Source: a virus (Duplodnaviria > Caudoviricetes). Taken from it: DNA of 63,552 bases. A program made the position numbers and the translations under genes. The stretch is taken from IMG/VR virus record IMGVR_UViG_3300050343_000084, positions 1-63,552 of that record; one strand, given 5' to 3'. The notes under the pieces were generated by a model. That model was not told where the DNA came from, searched no databases, and saw only the letters and a program-made list of their open reading frames with translations. Positions 10,233-19,780 of the stretch are shown here, piece by piece. How positions within the stretch are numbered: the first letter of the stretch is position 1; every line of letters begins with the position of its first letter.

Positions 10233-12443
10233 TTATTTTATTATTTCCGATATTCCACCGGTGTTTTTGTATCTTGCAATACTTAAATTTAACTTTGGTT
10301 TCTCAACTCTTGGGTTAGGCCTATATAAGTGCCGATTGCATGCCATTATCGCTAACCCTGAACTAATAGCCGCATCAAATTTTGTTCTTTTGTTTATATC
10401 GAACTTAGCCCAATCGTTTAAAGTGCGGTTAAAGTACATTGTCCCGTATTCACCATCCCCTTTAACACCAACGTGGCTTTGTATATATGTTTCGATAGCA
10501 GCAGCGTGTGCCTGCTTAATATCTTCACTTGAGTTAGGTATACCGCCTATTTCTTTTTCTGCAACCGAAAGTTTGTTATATAACTTATCCGGTCTATTCA
10601 TAGAGTAACCTCTATAGCCTCTTCGCTTTAAGTAATAAAGCAATCGAGGTTTGTTATTTTCACAAAGCAATGGCATTCCGTAAAATACTAAAGCCATAAG
10701 TACATCTTCAAAAAACATTTCAGCCGTTTGAGGCCTAGCTACATATTCCAAAAAAAATGTGTTTGGCGGGGCATCTTCCATACTAAAAGTTGTTAGCCCG
10801 TGCAAAGACCCTTTAGAACCTTGTCCGTCTGTGGTTCCCGATATATCGTAGCTATCACACCCAAAAGCACCTATGTGTTCATTGCCTGGATGCTTTATAC
10901 CATTTTTAATTACCTGTTTATTTTGCAATGCAACCTTAGGTACCCAAGAAACTTTAAATCTACCATTAGGGTTTGGGCTAAACATTACTTTGGAATCTTT
11001 AACGCCATGTTCCCAATTAAAGCTACCCGTTGTTATAACACCTGAGCTTTTTAAATCTTCGTTGTAATCTATTTGTTCGTATATTTTTACTAAGTTAAAT
11101 ATACTATTTTTAGTTTCATCTCGAAACGCGTGCTCCTCTGTACGCGGGAACTGCCTGTAAAACTCATTTAAAGCATCCTGGTCGCCTTTTAATCCTTCGA
11201 CCTCATTATCCCAGTGTTCAATAACCCCGACCTCGATAGCGTCGCCGTGTGGGCCAATGCAATCTGCTGATGGGGTTTCGAATACAGGCATTCCATAAGA
11301 ATCAATGAACCCCTCGTAGTTCCATTCCATAGGTATGAACAAAGAATATAATCCTGACTTAGTTTGTCCATTGCGGTTTCTTTTTGTAACGTCTGAGTCA
11401 TTGTAAAGTTTTTTAAAGTTTTCGCCACCTTTGTCTAGCGCGTTTGATGTTGATCCCATCATACACTTACCTATAACTCTGCTACCTAATCTTAATGTAG
11501 TTTTTGTTACGCGCCAGTTATTCAATATGTTATCTGGCTTTTCCCACTTACCGCTTTCATCGTGTACTAACAGTTTTAGTTTTTCACCATCATAGCTGTT
11601 ATCACCTGTATTTTTCCAGTCAATAGTTGTATCTAATCCTTCTAACAACTCTTGATCCTGTTTGTTTTGTATTGACTTCCTTGTAAGCCTTGAAGCTGGT
11701 ATTCTATACGCTAGCTCTGTTTTCGGACGGTCCATACCGTCTTGTATTGGCTTAAAGAAAAATGGATAGTTTACAGATATTGGTACTACCTTGTCTGTAA
11801 ACATTTTTTTAGCGTCAGAACCGGACTTTGATAATATTCCGAATCGCGCATCGCTTGATATTGTGGCCATGTTAACGGTCTCACCGCTTGCCATGAATGA
11901 AAATCCCGAACGTCTATTTTTGAGGTAACACATGCCGTAGCATCTCTGGTCTGCTTTGCAAGCTTCCCAAAAGATGAAGAATAATCTGTTGGCTTCCCTA
12001 AATTCTGGGTGCCCAACGTCAATTTTAGACCATTGCAAGTACATAAAGTGAGTGCCAGTAACGTAAGTGCCCACACCCTTATTATTGAACCAATGGCCAT
12101 CTTCGCGGCGTCTGAATTGTTCATCTATATATGGTTCCCATTTTTCTTTAAAGTCGTCAGGATAATCGCGCCAATCAAAAACGCTTTGTATTCGTTTTAG
12201 TTCCTTTGGCAATTCCTCAACAACCCATCTGTCATTTGATTTATTTATTTTAGCTGGAGTTTTAGGTAACGCTATCTTTAAATTTTGTATCTGATATATG
12301 TCACCTATTTGACCGTTTTTGCTTATAACAACAATATCATGCTCTTTGTTATAACCGTAACTCCATTTTTTGCTTTTATTTAACCTAGATATTGTGGTTT
12401 GCTTTATGGGTGTTATTATGCTATATAAAGTTTGCTCGTACAT
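10233..12443 (-). CDS. terL: Terminase large subunit
   Basis: Walker A-like KNRRSGFS, Walker B LLVHDESGK, coupling motif GSTSN, nuclease GCDSYD and C-terminal DAAISSG. Confidence 0.9.
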   Translation of the reverse strand: MYEQTLYSIITPIKQTTISRLNKSKKWSYGYNKEHDIVVISKNGQIGDIYQIQNLKIALPKTPAKINKSNDRWVVEELPKELKRIQSVFDWRDYPDDFKEKWEPYIDEQFRRREDGHWFNNKGVGTYVTGTHFMYLQWSKIDVGHPEFREANRLFFIFWEACKADQRCYGMCYLKNRRSGFSFMASGETVNMATISSDARFGILSKSGSDAKKMFTDKVVPISVNYPFFFKPIQDGMDRPKTELAYRIPASRLTRKSIQNKQDQELLEGLDTTIDWKNTGDNSYDGEKLKLLVHDESGKWEKPDNILNNWRVTKTTLRLGSRVIGKCMMGSTSNALDKGGENFKKLYNDSDVTKRNRNGQTKSGLYSLFIPMEWNYEGFIDSYGMPVFETPSADCIGPHGDAIEVGVIEHWDNEVEGLKGDQDALNEFYRQFPRTEEHAFRDETKNSIFNLVKIYEQIDYNEDLKSSGVITTGSFNWEHGVKDSKVMFSPNPNGRFKVSWVPKVALQNKQVIKNGIKHPGNEHIGAFGCDSYDISGTTDGQGSKGSLHGLTTFSMEDAPPNTFFLEYVARPQTAEMFFEDVLMALVFYGMPLLCENNKPRLLYYLKRRGYRGYSMNRPDKLYNKLSVAEKEIGGIPNSSEDIKQAHAAAIETYIQSHVGVKGDGEYGTMYFNRTLNDWAKFDINKRTKFDAAISSGLAIMACNRHLYRPNPRVEKPKLNLSIARYKNTGGISEIIK

Positions 12444-12718
12444 TACTTAGATCGTCTTTCCGCAAACCCTGAAAAAGCTTTTTTCTTTTCTTCCTCTACA
12501 GGTTTATTTTCAAGTATAGCTTCTTCTTCTTGAATACGTGTTAATATTTCAAACGCATCAAATATAGCTAGCTTTTTTGTAGCAGCAGCGTTCTTAAGTC
12601 TATCAGCGGATATATCATCGTCTGAATCAACTATAGGTTCTTTAGCTACCTTTATTAACTCCTCAACTGCTCGCTGCCCAGCTTGGATTATATTCTTCTT
12701 CGTCTCCTTGATATTCAT
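12443..12718 (-). CDS. Putative terminase small subunit
   Basis: 91-aa helical protein whose stop overlaps the terL start; position-based. Confidence 0.5.
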   Translation of the reverse strand: MNIKETKKNIIQAGQRAVEELIKVAKEPIVDSDDDISADRLKNAAATKKLAIFDAFEILTRIQEEEAILENKPVEEEKKKAFSGFAERRSK

Positions 12719-13262
12719 ATTTGATTGTAATTAAATTTGTTGGAACACGATATAATTTTTCTTTATTTATAATAAACTCGTACTCTGCGCCAGGTCTAAA
12801 GCCTACAAGATCACCTTCTTTAACACTTTTCAAACTAGGGTCCTTATATTTAAGCACTCCCATTAATGGTTTTTCAAAGTTGATTGAAAACATTTTATTT
12901 TCTTTTAGCGGCTTAACAAAGTTAAACCCATCCAGCGGTATCCACTTATATATACGCTTGTACGCAAATATTTGATCTGGTGAAACAAAATACATATTGT
13001 CTTTATAATAACTCCTGCTATTTTTTTCTTCACCTCTAATATCTCGAAACCTGCGGAACACATTGTGGTGTAGTATAACCTCATCACCTTTGCGTATACC
13101 CGTCAGATTTGTTGCTGGCGTAGCCATAACAATACCTATTCTTGAAACAAAATTATGATTTTGTAATTCTGTATTAAGTATTAATTCTTGGTCACCTATT
13201 GTTTTTGTATTGTTATACCTATCTTCTTTAGGCATAATAACAAAATCAAAAACACCTTTCAT
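12663..13262 (-). CDS. GroES-like (possibly tandem) co-chaperonin-fold protein
   Basis: Two GroES-like segments: GIVMATP...GIRKGDEVILHH and MGVLKY...VKEGDLVGF...EFIINKEKLYRV. Confidence 0.5.
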   Translation of the reverse strand: MKGVFDFVIMPKEDRYNNTKTIGDQELILNTELQNHNFVSRIGIVMATPATNLTGIRKGDEVILHHNVFRRFRDIRGEEKNSRSYYKDNMYFVSPDQIFAYKRIYKWIPLDGFNFVKPLKENKMFSINFEKPLMGVLKYKDPSLKSVKEGDLVGFRPGAEYEFIINKEKLYRVPTNLITIKYEYQGDEEEYNPSWAASS

Positions 13263-13480
13263 TAGTAATCAATATTGTACTCTATGGCTATTGCCATATT
13301 TTTATTGAAATCTTTCCAAGGTATTACGTCGCTACCTTTTTGAATATAGATAGAATACTTTTCTTCTTCTTCTATAATATTAACTATGGTATGACCGCCA
13401 TACACTTCCTGGCCAACAGAATAGTGCATGGCGTCATTTTTATAGTCTTTCCCTATACTAATCTTCCTTAGCAGGCTCAC
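13262..13480 (-). CDS. Hypothetical protein (likely GTG start at 13480)
   Basis: Tightly packed ORF, (M)SLLRKISIGKDYKNDAMHY. Confidence 0.6.
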   Translation of the reverse strand: MSLLRKISIGKDYKNDAMHYSVGQEVYGGHTIVNIIEEEEKYSIYIQKGSDVIPWKDFNKNMAIAIEYNIDY

Positions 13481-13715
13481 GTAATTCGCCGGTATTAATA
13501 TCAATCACCTTGTCTCCATACTTATCTTGCAACTCTTTTTGTTGCTCATCAAGCTTTGTTTTAACTTGAGCAAATGTATGTAGCAGCTCATGCTTTTGTA
13601 ATTCTAATCCGCCGATCTGCGATTGAACACTATTTAATTGTTTAATAATGTTTGTTAGAACTTCTAGTTCTTCTGCTGTTAGTTTTTCAGGTACTAAATT
13701 TACTTCTTTTGCCAT
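13458..13715 (-). CDS. Small coiled-coil protein (likely start MAKEVN at 13715)
   Basis: Heptad-rich; AT-rich leader AATTAAATTAAATCAA before ATG. Confidence 0.6.
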   Translation of the reverse strand: MAKEVNLVPEKLTAEELEVLTNIIKQLNSVQSQIGGLELQKHELLHTFAQVKTKLDEQQKELQDKYGDKVIDINTGELREPAKED

Positions 13716-13725
13716 TTGATTTAAT

Positions 13726-14124
13726 TTAATTATTATTGCTGGATTTCTTTGCTTTTTCCCAGGTACGCCCAACAAAATACGCCCCGTAGACTGTTATTAA
13801 TAAAGATTGAAAAATTGGTATATAGTCTTCAGCTATTTTAAACTCTCCTATATTACCATCAAAAAAACATAGCGCTGTAAATATAACAGTCAAATATATA
13901 AGAACCATAGGTCTTATGTTTTTAGATAAAAACGAATCTGAATTCATATCCGCTTCCCATCTTGCTGTTACTTGCTCTTGCGCTTCTTTATCTGCTTTTT
14001 CTAGTATCTCAGTTATTAATCGCTGAGCTTCTAATTTTTCTTCTTTAGTTGTAGTTAATTTATCAATGACATCACCGACTTCTTTAATTACTCCGCCGGT
14101 AAGCCATTCCCATATTTTTTTCAT
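13726..14124 (-). CDS. Holin-like membrane protein (3TM holin family-like)
   Basis: RWEADMNSDSFLSKNIRP followed by two hydrophobic helices and YFVGRTWEK. Confidence 0.7.
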   Translation of the reverse strand: MKKIWEWLTGGVIKEVGDVIDKLTTTKEEKLEAQRLITEILEKADKEAQEQVTARWEADMNSDSFLSKNIRPMVLIYLTVIFTALCFFDGNIGEFKIAEDYIPIFQSLLITVYGAYFVGRTWEKAKKSSNNN

Positions 14125-14126
14125 TA

Positions 14127-14501
14127 CTATTTTTTCTTAGCTTCTTTTACAATAGCAGCATAAAGACCTGGATTTGGCTCGCTACCGCTTGGGCCAAATT
14201 TATCTGTTTGACCTTTTGTTTGCTTAGCAGTTGCTTTAGGAGGTTCCTCATTGCTTTCTGGCTGCTCATTGCTTTCTGGCTGCCCATTACCTTCTTTAAT
14301 GGAATCCATACCTTCTTTTAAAGGCTTGGTTATATCTACAAATTTGTCGTGGTGGACGTCGGTCATTAAACTAGAATCTGCGCTGTAATCTATTTCTGCT
14401 TTCTTTACTGCAGAGCCTATATCCAGTAAAGGGTCTTGTACTTTCATTCCCTTATTTGTGGAATGTTGAATTCTTGCTGTAATTGGTTTATTATATCCCA
14501 T
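14127..14501 (-). CDS. Hypothetical low-complexity protein (possible internal virion protein)
   Basis: 124 aa; contains QPESNE x2 encoded by an 18-bp tandem duplication at about 14247-14282. Confidence 0.55.
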   Translation of the reverse strand: MGYNKPITARIQHSTNKGMKVQDPLLDIGSAVKKAEIDYSADSSLMTDVHHDKFVDITKPLKEGMDSIKEGNGQPESNEQPESNEEPPKATAKQTKGQTDKFGPSGSEPNPGLYAAIVKEAKKK

Positions 14502-14505
14502 TGTA

Positions 14506-14661
14506 TTATTTTTTATAAGGAAACATTTTGTTTAACTTTTCTTTACGATGCTGACATCCACAGGGAATGTTCAAACCCTCAGATACCTTATCAACCACGG
14601 TTTTAATTCCTGTGGCTTTAGTAATTTTTTCCACTGTATCGCCTAAACCTTGTGATTTCAT
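14506..14661 (-). CDS. Small conserved phage protein with CGC motif (51 aa)
   Basis: Below ORF-track cutoff; translated by hand: MKSQGLGDTVEKITKATGIKTVVDKVSEGLNIPCGCQHRKEKLNKMFPYKK. Confidence 0.7.
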   Translation of the reverse strand: MKSQGLGDTVEKITKATGIKTVVDKVSEGLNIPCGCQHRKEKLNKMFPYKK

Positions 14662-14665
14662 AATA

Positions 14666-14956
14666 TTAGCATTTCCATCTGCGCCTTGCAGCGCAAATTC
14701 TTTTCTTTGGTGTTTTTGAACAGTTGATACCGTGTTGTTTCATTTGGCCTTTTGATCTAGCGCAATAAGACGTCCGTCTTTTACCACCTCCTGGTTGAGG
14801 AGCCTTAAGATTACCACCTGTCTTTTTATTGTAAGCTTTCCGGCCAGCAGCTGTCATACCGGCGCCTTCTTCAGCTGTCAAGAAATGTCTACCTTTTCCC
14901 TTTGTTGTCTTACGGAGCTTTTGCACCATAGAACTTGCTGGTTGTTGATCGTACAT
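14666..14956 (-). CDS. Basic protein, DUF6321-like
   Basis: NLKAPQPGGGKRRTSYCARSKG...RICAARRRWKC pattern. Confidence 0.55.
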   Translation of the reverse strand: MYDQQPASSMVQKLRKTTKGKGRHFLTAEEGAGMTAAGRKAYNKKTGGNLKAPQPGGGKRRTSYCARSKGQMKQHGINCSKTPKKRICAARRRWKC

Positions 14957-14959
14957 ATC

Positions 14960-15991
14960 TTATTTATTAAAATAGTTTTTTTGAAGTGGCGCGGGTTTTT
15001 TGCCTCCACGTAATAAGTTGCCGACAAAACTACCTTCTTCTTTTTTCCCAAAAACACCTCTAAGAGCATTACCTACAGCAGTGCCATTTTCTTTTTTCCC
15101 AAAAATATCTCTGGCTATATTACCTACAGTAGTTCCATTAGAATCAGGAGCGTCAGCTACTTTTGTTGATGAAACTTGCGCATCAGCTGTTCTAGTCGCT
15201 GCTTCTTTAGGTGTTTCTACAATGCTCGTTGTACTAAACTCGCTTGTGCCTATACCACCCTGATCACGTTGTAAATTTCTGAGAGCTTTTCTGTCCTTTA
15301 TAAGATTTAAAACGTCTTGCTGTCTTTGCTCGTTAGATGCTTGCCTATCGCTTCTTTGTTTTTTTCTTAAAGCACGTTTGTATTGCCCTTTGCTTTTGTA
15401 CCCTTTGCTTTCCCAATCTTCATCAGTTATTGATTTTCTTTCTGCGCGGTCTTGTCTACGTTCAGCTTGTTTAGATAGTCTATTTAATATTTTTTCACTG
15501 CGAATATCTTGTCTTAAACCAAAGCTACTAGCACCTTTAGCTTTAGTTTGATCAGGAGTAAATTCAGTTTCAGTTTCTGTAGCGCCTTCTGAACCTGGCG
15601 TTGTGATTGTTACTTCTCCAGGTCCCCCGGATACGCCAGTGGCCGCAACCATACCAGCTTCGAATCCTTCAGGATCTTTTTTACGCTGCGCTTCTCTGTC
15701 CGCAACGTAGGCATTATAATCTTTGTACATACCAGTTGTTCTCACACCATCTATGTCTTGATCATAAGCTTCTCTATACGAAAGCCTTTTATTTGTTTTA
15801 GTGGTTCCCCCTGAACCTGGACTAATTATGCTTGTTCTGGTTTCGTCGCCTACAATGGCCCTAGAGTCGCCAGTTGGTCTTATAACGTCTGATGAAACAG
15901 ACACCTTTTGTATTTCGCCAGAGCCAACTTGTTTAACCGCTGAATTCTTCGCGCATGAACGAGATGCTATTGCTGTAATTGGGTTTGCCAT
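14960..15991 (-). CDS. Hypothetical low-complexity (possible internal virion) protein
   Basis: 343 aa; C-terminal 17-aa repeats of the form GTxVGNxxRxxFGKKE. Confidence 0.6.
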   Translation of the reverse strand: MANPITAIASRSCAKNSAVKQVGSGEIQKVSVSSDVIRPTGDSRAIVGDETRTSIISPGSGGTTKTNKRLSYREAYDQDIDGVRTTGMYKDYNAYVADREAQRKKDPEGFEAGMVAATGVSGGPGEVTITTPGSEGATETETEFTPDQTKAKGASSFGLRQDIRSEKILNRLSKQAERRQDRAERKSITDEDWESKGYKSKGQYKRALRKKQRSDRQASNEQRQQDVLNLIKDRKALRNLQRDQGGIGTSEFSTTSIVETPKEAATRTADAQVSSTKVADAPDSNGTTVGNIARDIFGKKENGTAVGNALRGVFGKKEEGSFVGNLLRGGKKPAPLQKNYFNK

Positions 15992-15996
15992 AATTA

Positions 15997-16368
15997 TTAT
16001 GCTTTTTTAGCCTCGGCTTCCCATTCAAGGTTACCGCCTTCCGGCTCATTTGTTGTTTTATTTACTATTCTTCCACCAAGCCGCTGATATACTCTAGCTG
16101 GTGACTTTGTATCTTTTTTCCAAGTGACTTCTTCGTTTGTGTATTGCAAACGCCCTGTTATCATTTGGTCGTGATGAGCATTCTCTTCAGGAATAGAATC
16201 ACGCTTTTCTTTTTCACTTGCATTTTCATTTACAAATGTGGTGCCGTCGCGATTAGCTTCAGCTATAATACCATCGCCTAAATCTTTTTCAAACACTGGC
16301 CTACCAAACTCAGATAATTCTTCGTTGTAGCCGAAAAGCTCGCCTTTAGACTTTAATTTAAAACTCAT
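15997..16368 (-). CDS. Small zincin-like protein with degenerate HExxH (EENAH)
   Basis: IAEANRDGT...PEENAHHDQM...LEWEAEA resembles small phage metallopeptidase-like proteins. Confidence 0.4.
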   Translation of the reverse strand: MSFKLKSKGELFGYNEELSEFGRPVFEKDLGDGIIAEANRDGTTFVNENASEKEKRDSIPEENAHHDQMITGRLQYTNEEVTWKKDTKSPARVYQRLGGRIVNKTTNEPEGGNLEWEAEAKKA

Positions 16369-16778
16369 TAGTAATCGGTATAGCTTTTAATTTCTTTTTT
16401 AGCTTCTTTAAATTTTTTACGCTGTTCTTTTATAAGACCTTTTTTAACTTTACGTAATTGTTTTTTGTCAACAGAGGTATTATTTTTAGGCTTAATAGAA
16501 CTCATGTCAGCGTTGGACGTTGGCATGCTGTTGTCTGTATTAACGATACCTTTTGATTCTAAAGTAGATACTTTTTTTGTAGGTAATCTTTTTAGTTCTT
16601 TACTGTACGTTTGCTTAGGCTCTGATTTAATAATTTCTTTGCTCAAAGGCTTTAGCTTCTCCGCGATCATTTCTTTGCCCAAAGGCTTTAATTTCTCCGC
16701 GTTTATCGATTTGCCTGTCTGCTTAGCCGCGGCTTTTGGTGCACCTAGTCTATTTGGCCCTATACCTTTTGGTCCCAT
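16368..16778 (-). CDS. Lys-rich hypothetical protein
   Basis: 136 aa; repeat AEKLKPLxKE x2. Confidence 0.55.
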   Translation of the reverse strand: MGPKGIGPNRLGAPKAAAKQTGKSINAEKLKPLGKEMIAEKLKPLSKEIIKSEPKQTYSKELKRLPTKKVSTLESKGIVNTDNSMPTSNADMSSIKPKNNTSVDKKQLRKVKKGLIKEQRKKFKEAKKEIKSYTDY

Positions 16779-16779
16779 A

Positions 16780-17220
16780 CTATCTTTCTTTATCGTTAAT
16801 CATATCGTCAATAGCTTTGTTATAAACTTTATCGGTATATGTTTTGTTTTTATAAAATGTACTTCTCTCAGATGTTGGCAAATCTTCTTCTGCTAACATT
16901 ATTCTGTATATTCTTTTAATTAGTAGCTTACACTTATTCGATGTTTTATAAACAGCATACTTAGACGTAGTACGGTTTCTTTCTTTAAATACATCAATCC
17001 AGCCATTCCGCCTTAAGCGTTCCCACCGGTTTTTATCCCAGCTGTAAGTGTAAACACCGTTAATAAAATCATTACGTGTAAAAAGCTTTTTGCAATCTAA
17101 GTATATAAGAAGCTCTAAATCTGCGTCTTTTAAATCGTAAGTCTTACAGGCCCATCTTCTGATAAGCCTGTAATACTTTAACAAATTCATATCTTGCAGG
17201 TCAGTTCCAGTTAGCCTCAT
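16780..17220 (-). CDS. Conserved phage protein, possible winged-helix DNA-binding (likely start MRLTG at 17220)
   Basis: LKDADLELLIYL...WERLRRNGWIDV...YKTSNKCKLLI pattern resembles a MarR-type wHTH. Confidence 0.5.
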   Translation of the reverse strand: MRLTGTDLQDMNLLKYYRLIRRWACKTYDLKDADLELLIYLDCKKLFTRNDFINGVYTYSWDKNRWERLRRNGWIDVFKERNRTTSKYAVYKTSNKCKLLIKRIYRIMLAEEDLPTSERSTFYKNKTYTDKVYNKAIDDMINDKER

Positions 17221-17474
17221 TCTATAAGCACTATATCTGAAATTTTCAGCACATAATACAAATGATCGTTCCATTCTATTCCATGCCCAGCGTGTTTGTC
17301 ATATCTAACAAAATCACCGTCTTGCAGTATATCTATTTGATCACCTATACTTATTACTCTACCTTTAACGTAACGAACGTCTTTATTTTGTTTTTCAGTA
17401 AGCTCTAGCCCACCAACTTTTGTAGGCTCCTCTTTAATTTTATCTACAATTACAAAATGATTTATTGCTTTCAT
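17217..17474 (-). CDS. groES: Co-chaperonin GroES
   Basis: MKAINHFVIV...VGGLEL...GRVISIG...GDFVRYDKHAG; adjacent to groEL. Confidence 0.9.
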   Translation of the reverse strand: MKAINHFVIVDKIKEEPTKVGGLELTEKQNKDVRYVKGRVISIGDQIDILQDGDFVRYDKHAGHGIEWNDHLYYVLKISDIVLIE

Positions 17475-19024
17475 GCTAATCGTTTATTACTGATTACACA
17501 ATCTGCAGATATAATAGTTGTAACAACACTTACCGCATTCTTTAAAGCTGTTTTGGTAACTAACACCGGATCTATAATGCCGGCTTTAACCATATTAACA
17601 TCTTTACCTGTTTTAACGTCTATACCTCTGTTTTTGATTTGAGGATAAACTACTTGCATATTAGCGTTTTCTAATATAGTCTCATATGGTGATCTTATTG
17701 CAGCAAGCAATATCTCCTCACCTTTATTTTTCGGCTTAATCAGTGTAGAAGCATTCAGCAAAGCTACACCTCCGCCTGGAACTATACCTTCTTTATAAGC
17801 GGCTTTTGTCGCATATATCGCATCTTCAATACGATCTTTCTTTTCTTTAAGCTCAACCTTAGAGTCAGCCCCGACATAAATTATACCGACTTGACCAGTT
17901 AGCATTGATAATCGTTGCTCTAATTTTTTCTTAAAGAACGGATTGGTTTCTTCAGCTATTTGCTTTTCAACATCCATTATTCGTAGAGCTACTTCTTCAT
18001 TTGCTTCAGCTACTTGCAGAACAGTGTTTTTATCGTCCGTAACAGCTTTAAAAGCTTTTCCTAATACATTAGGCTCTATGAAGTCTAAATCGTCTCCTAA
18101 CTCTTCGTTTATGATTTGAGCGCCAGTGAGTATTGCTAAGTCTTCAAGCGTTTGCTGCTTAGTTGGACCAAAGCCAGGTAAATCAACTATATTTACTTTT
18201 ATATTACCTTTTACTTTATTAGCTAATAATGTTTGATACGGCTGTTGATCCATATCCGCTACTATTAGCAGGCTCTTTTTATTTTTAATTACAAACTCTA
18301 ATACGTTTTGTATTCTTCTTATATTAGGTATCGGCGAAGATACTATAAGAACATATGGGTCTTCTAATGTAGCTGTACCTTTATTTTTATCCGTAGATAA
18401 ATGCGAGGATTTTAAACCGCTGTCAAATTGCACGCCGTCAACAAACTCAACATAAGTTTCGTTTGTATCAGACTCTTCCATTAGAACGACTCCATTTTTT
18501 CCAACTTTTTCATAAGCTTGTCCAATTTTATTTCCAAGCTCTGTGTCGTTGTTGCATGAAATACCAGCAACTTGGTTAAGCATTTCACCTTTAACTTCAG
18601 TACTGGCTTTGTCAAGATAAACCATAACTTTTTCAGCACCACTAATAATGCCGCTTTTAAGCTCTCTAACTTCTTCCTCATTTAAATGCTTGTTAACTGT
18701 TTTTAATAAAGAATGCGCAAGGACGGTTGATGTTGTTGTGCCGTCCCCGGCTTCTTTTACTGTATTGCTTGCCGCTTCCTTTATAAGTGTAGCGCCAATA
18801 TTCTCAACCGGATGTAATAAGACTACGCTTTCCGCAACGGTTACACCATCTTTTGTAATCACCGGTTTTCCAAGGGCGTCTTCATATATAACGCATTTTC
18901 CAGACGCACCTAATGTGCTCTTTACTGCGTTTGACAATTTTTCAACGCCTTGCATAATTTGTTGTTTGGCATCATTGCCAAATGTGAGAGTTTTAACTAT
19001 CTCACTAGGGTTATTAAATTCCAT
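17471..19024 (-). CDS. groEL: Chaperonin GroEL
   Basis: ITKDGVTVA, AGDGTTT, PGFG, EGIVPGGG and GIIDP motifs; lacks the GGM tail. Confidence 0.97.
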   Translation of the reverse strand: MEFNNPSEIVKTLTFGNDAKQQIMQGVEKLSNAVKSTLGASGKCVIYEDALGKPVITKDGVTVAESVVLLHPVENIGATLIKEAASNTVKEAGDGTTTSTVLAHSLLKTVNKHLNEEEVRELKSGIISGAEKVMVYLDKASTEVKGEMLNQVAGISCNNDTELGNKIGQAYEKVGKNGVVLMEESDTNETYVEFVDGVQFDSGLKSSHLSTDKNKGTATLEDPYVLIVSSPIPNIRRIQNVLEFVIKNKKSLLIVADMDQQPYQTLLANKVKGNIKVNIVDLPGFGPTKQQTLEDLAILTGAQIINEELGDDLDFIEPNVLGKAFKAVTDDKNTVLQVAEANEEVALRIMDVEKQIAEETNPFFKKKLEQRLSMLTGQVGIIYVGADSKVELKEKKDRIEDAIYATKAAYKEGIVPGGGVALLNASTLIKPKNKGEEILLAAIRSPYETILENANMQVVYPQIKNRGIDVKTGKDVNMVKAGIIDPVLVTKTALKNAVSVVTTIISADCVISNKRLA

Positions 19025-19044
19025 TAAATTAAATTTTAAATTAT

Positions 19045-19338
19045 TTACTCTTTTTCAAAAGTCTTTACAACTTTAGGTCCTTTCATAAAATCTAGCTTTT
19101 TCTGATAATATTGAATTGATCCGTCAATTGCTGCTTCTGCACCCTCGATAGTTTCTCTCCTTGTAATATCTTTCCAGGAGTCTTCGTCTGGTACTTTGAT
19201 TTCTGTTTGGTAGAATCCATTTGGTAGTTGCACAATTCGCCAGTTGCTTTTGTCGGATGCATGCTTCCAGGTTTCTACGGTTTTTTCATTTACTTGTGGC
19301 TGACTACTCCACGAACTAGTCTGATAAAATAGTGTCAT
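19045..19338 (-). CDS. Hypothetical protein
   Basis: 97-aa ORF preceding groEL, downstream of a class-2 promoter candidate. Confidence 0.65.
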   Translation of the reverse strand: MTLFYQTSSWSSQPQVNEKTVETWKHASDKSNWRIVQLPNGFYQTEIKVPDEDSWKDITRRETIEGAEAAIDGSIQYYQKKLDFMKGPKVVKTFEKE

Positions 19339-19396
19339 TGGTTTTGGTTTTAATTATTACTATTTGGTTTGCTCTATCCCGAGCAGGGTATATTTT

Positions 19397-19425
19397 ATAT
19401 ATTACGTGGTTTATGACGGCGTTAA
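19397..19425 (-). promoter_or_regulatory. Class-2 promoter candidate TTAA-N16-GTAAT
   Basis: Minus strand TTAA CGCCGTCATAAACCAC GTAATATAT upstream of the groEL operon. Confidence 0.6.
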
Positions 19426-19770
19426 CCCGCCTTGATTTTTAGTAGGATCAAACTCGTCCTTATCCCAAGGTTTACCACCCTCTACAACTGGTGTTTCTAA
19501 TTCTTGTTTTTTAGCTAATGCTTCCGCCGCAATAGTAGATTCTGTTTCATTTACCGCATCTGGGCCTAATTTATCTTTAACCCACCCTATAACAGTTTCT
19601 TCTGTTAAATTTTCGTAAGGTATAAATCCAGGACCCGCTGTTTCTTCAAACTCTTGCATAAACACTTTTCTAGCATAGCCCAGTCCATCTTGTACTTCGT
19701 AGCATGACGAAACCTCTATAACAAAACCATCTGAGGTTTTATGTTGCATATCTAATATTTTCCAACTCAT
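19411..19770 (-). CDS. Tail-fibre-associated small protein
   Basis: FIPYENLTEETVIGWVK...KPW pattern commonly found beside tail fibre genes. Confidence 0.55.
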   Translation of the reverse strand: MSWKILDMQHKTSDGFVIEVSSCYEVQDGLGYARKVFMQEFEETAGPGFIPYENLTEETVIGWVKDKLGPDAVNETESTIAAEALAKKQELETPVVEGGKPWDKDEFDPTKNQGGLTPS

Positions 19771-19780
19771 AATTTATTTT

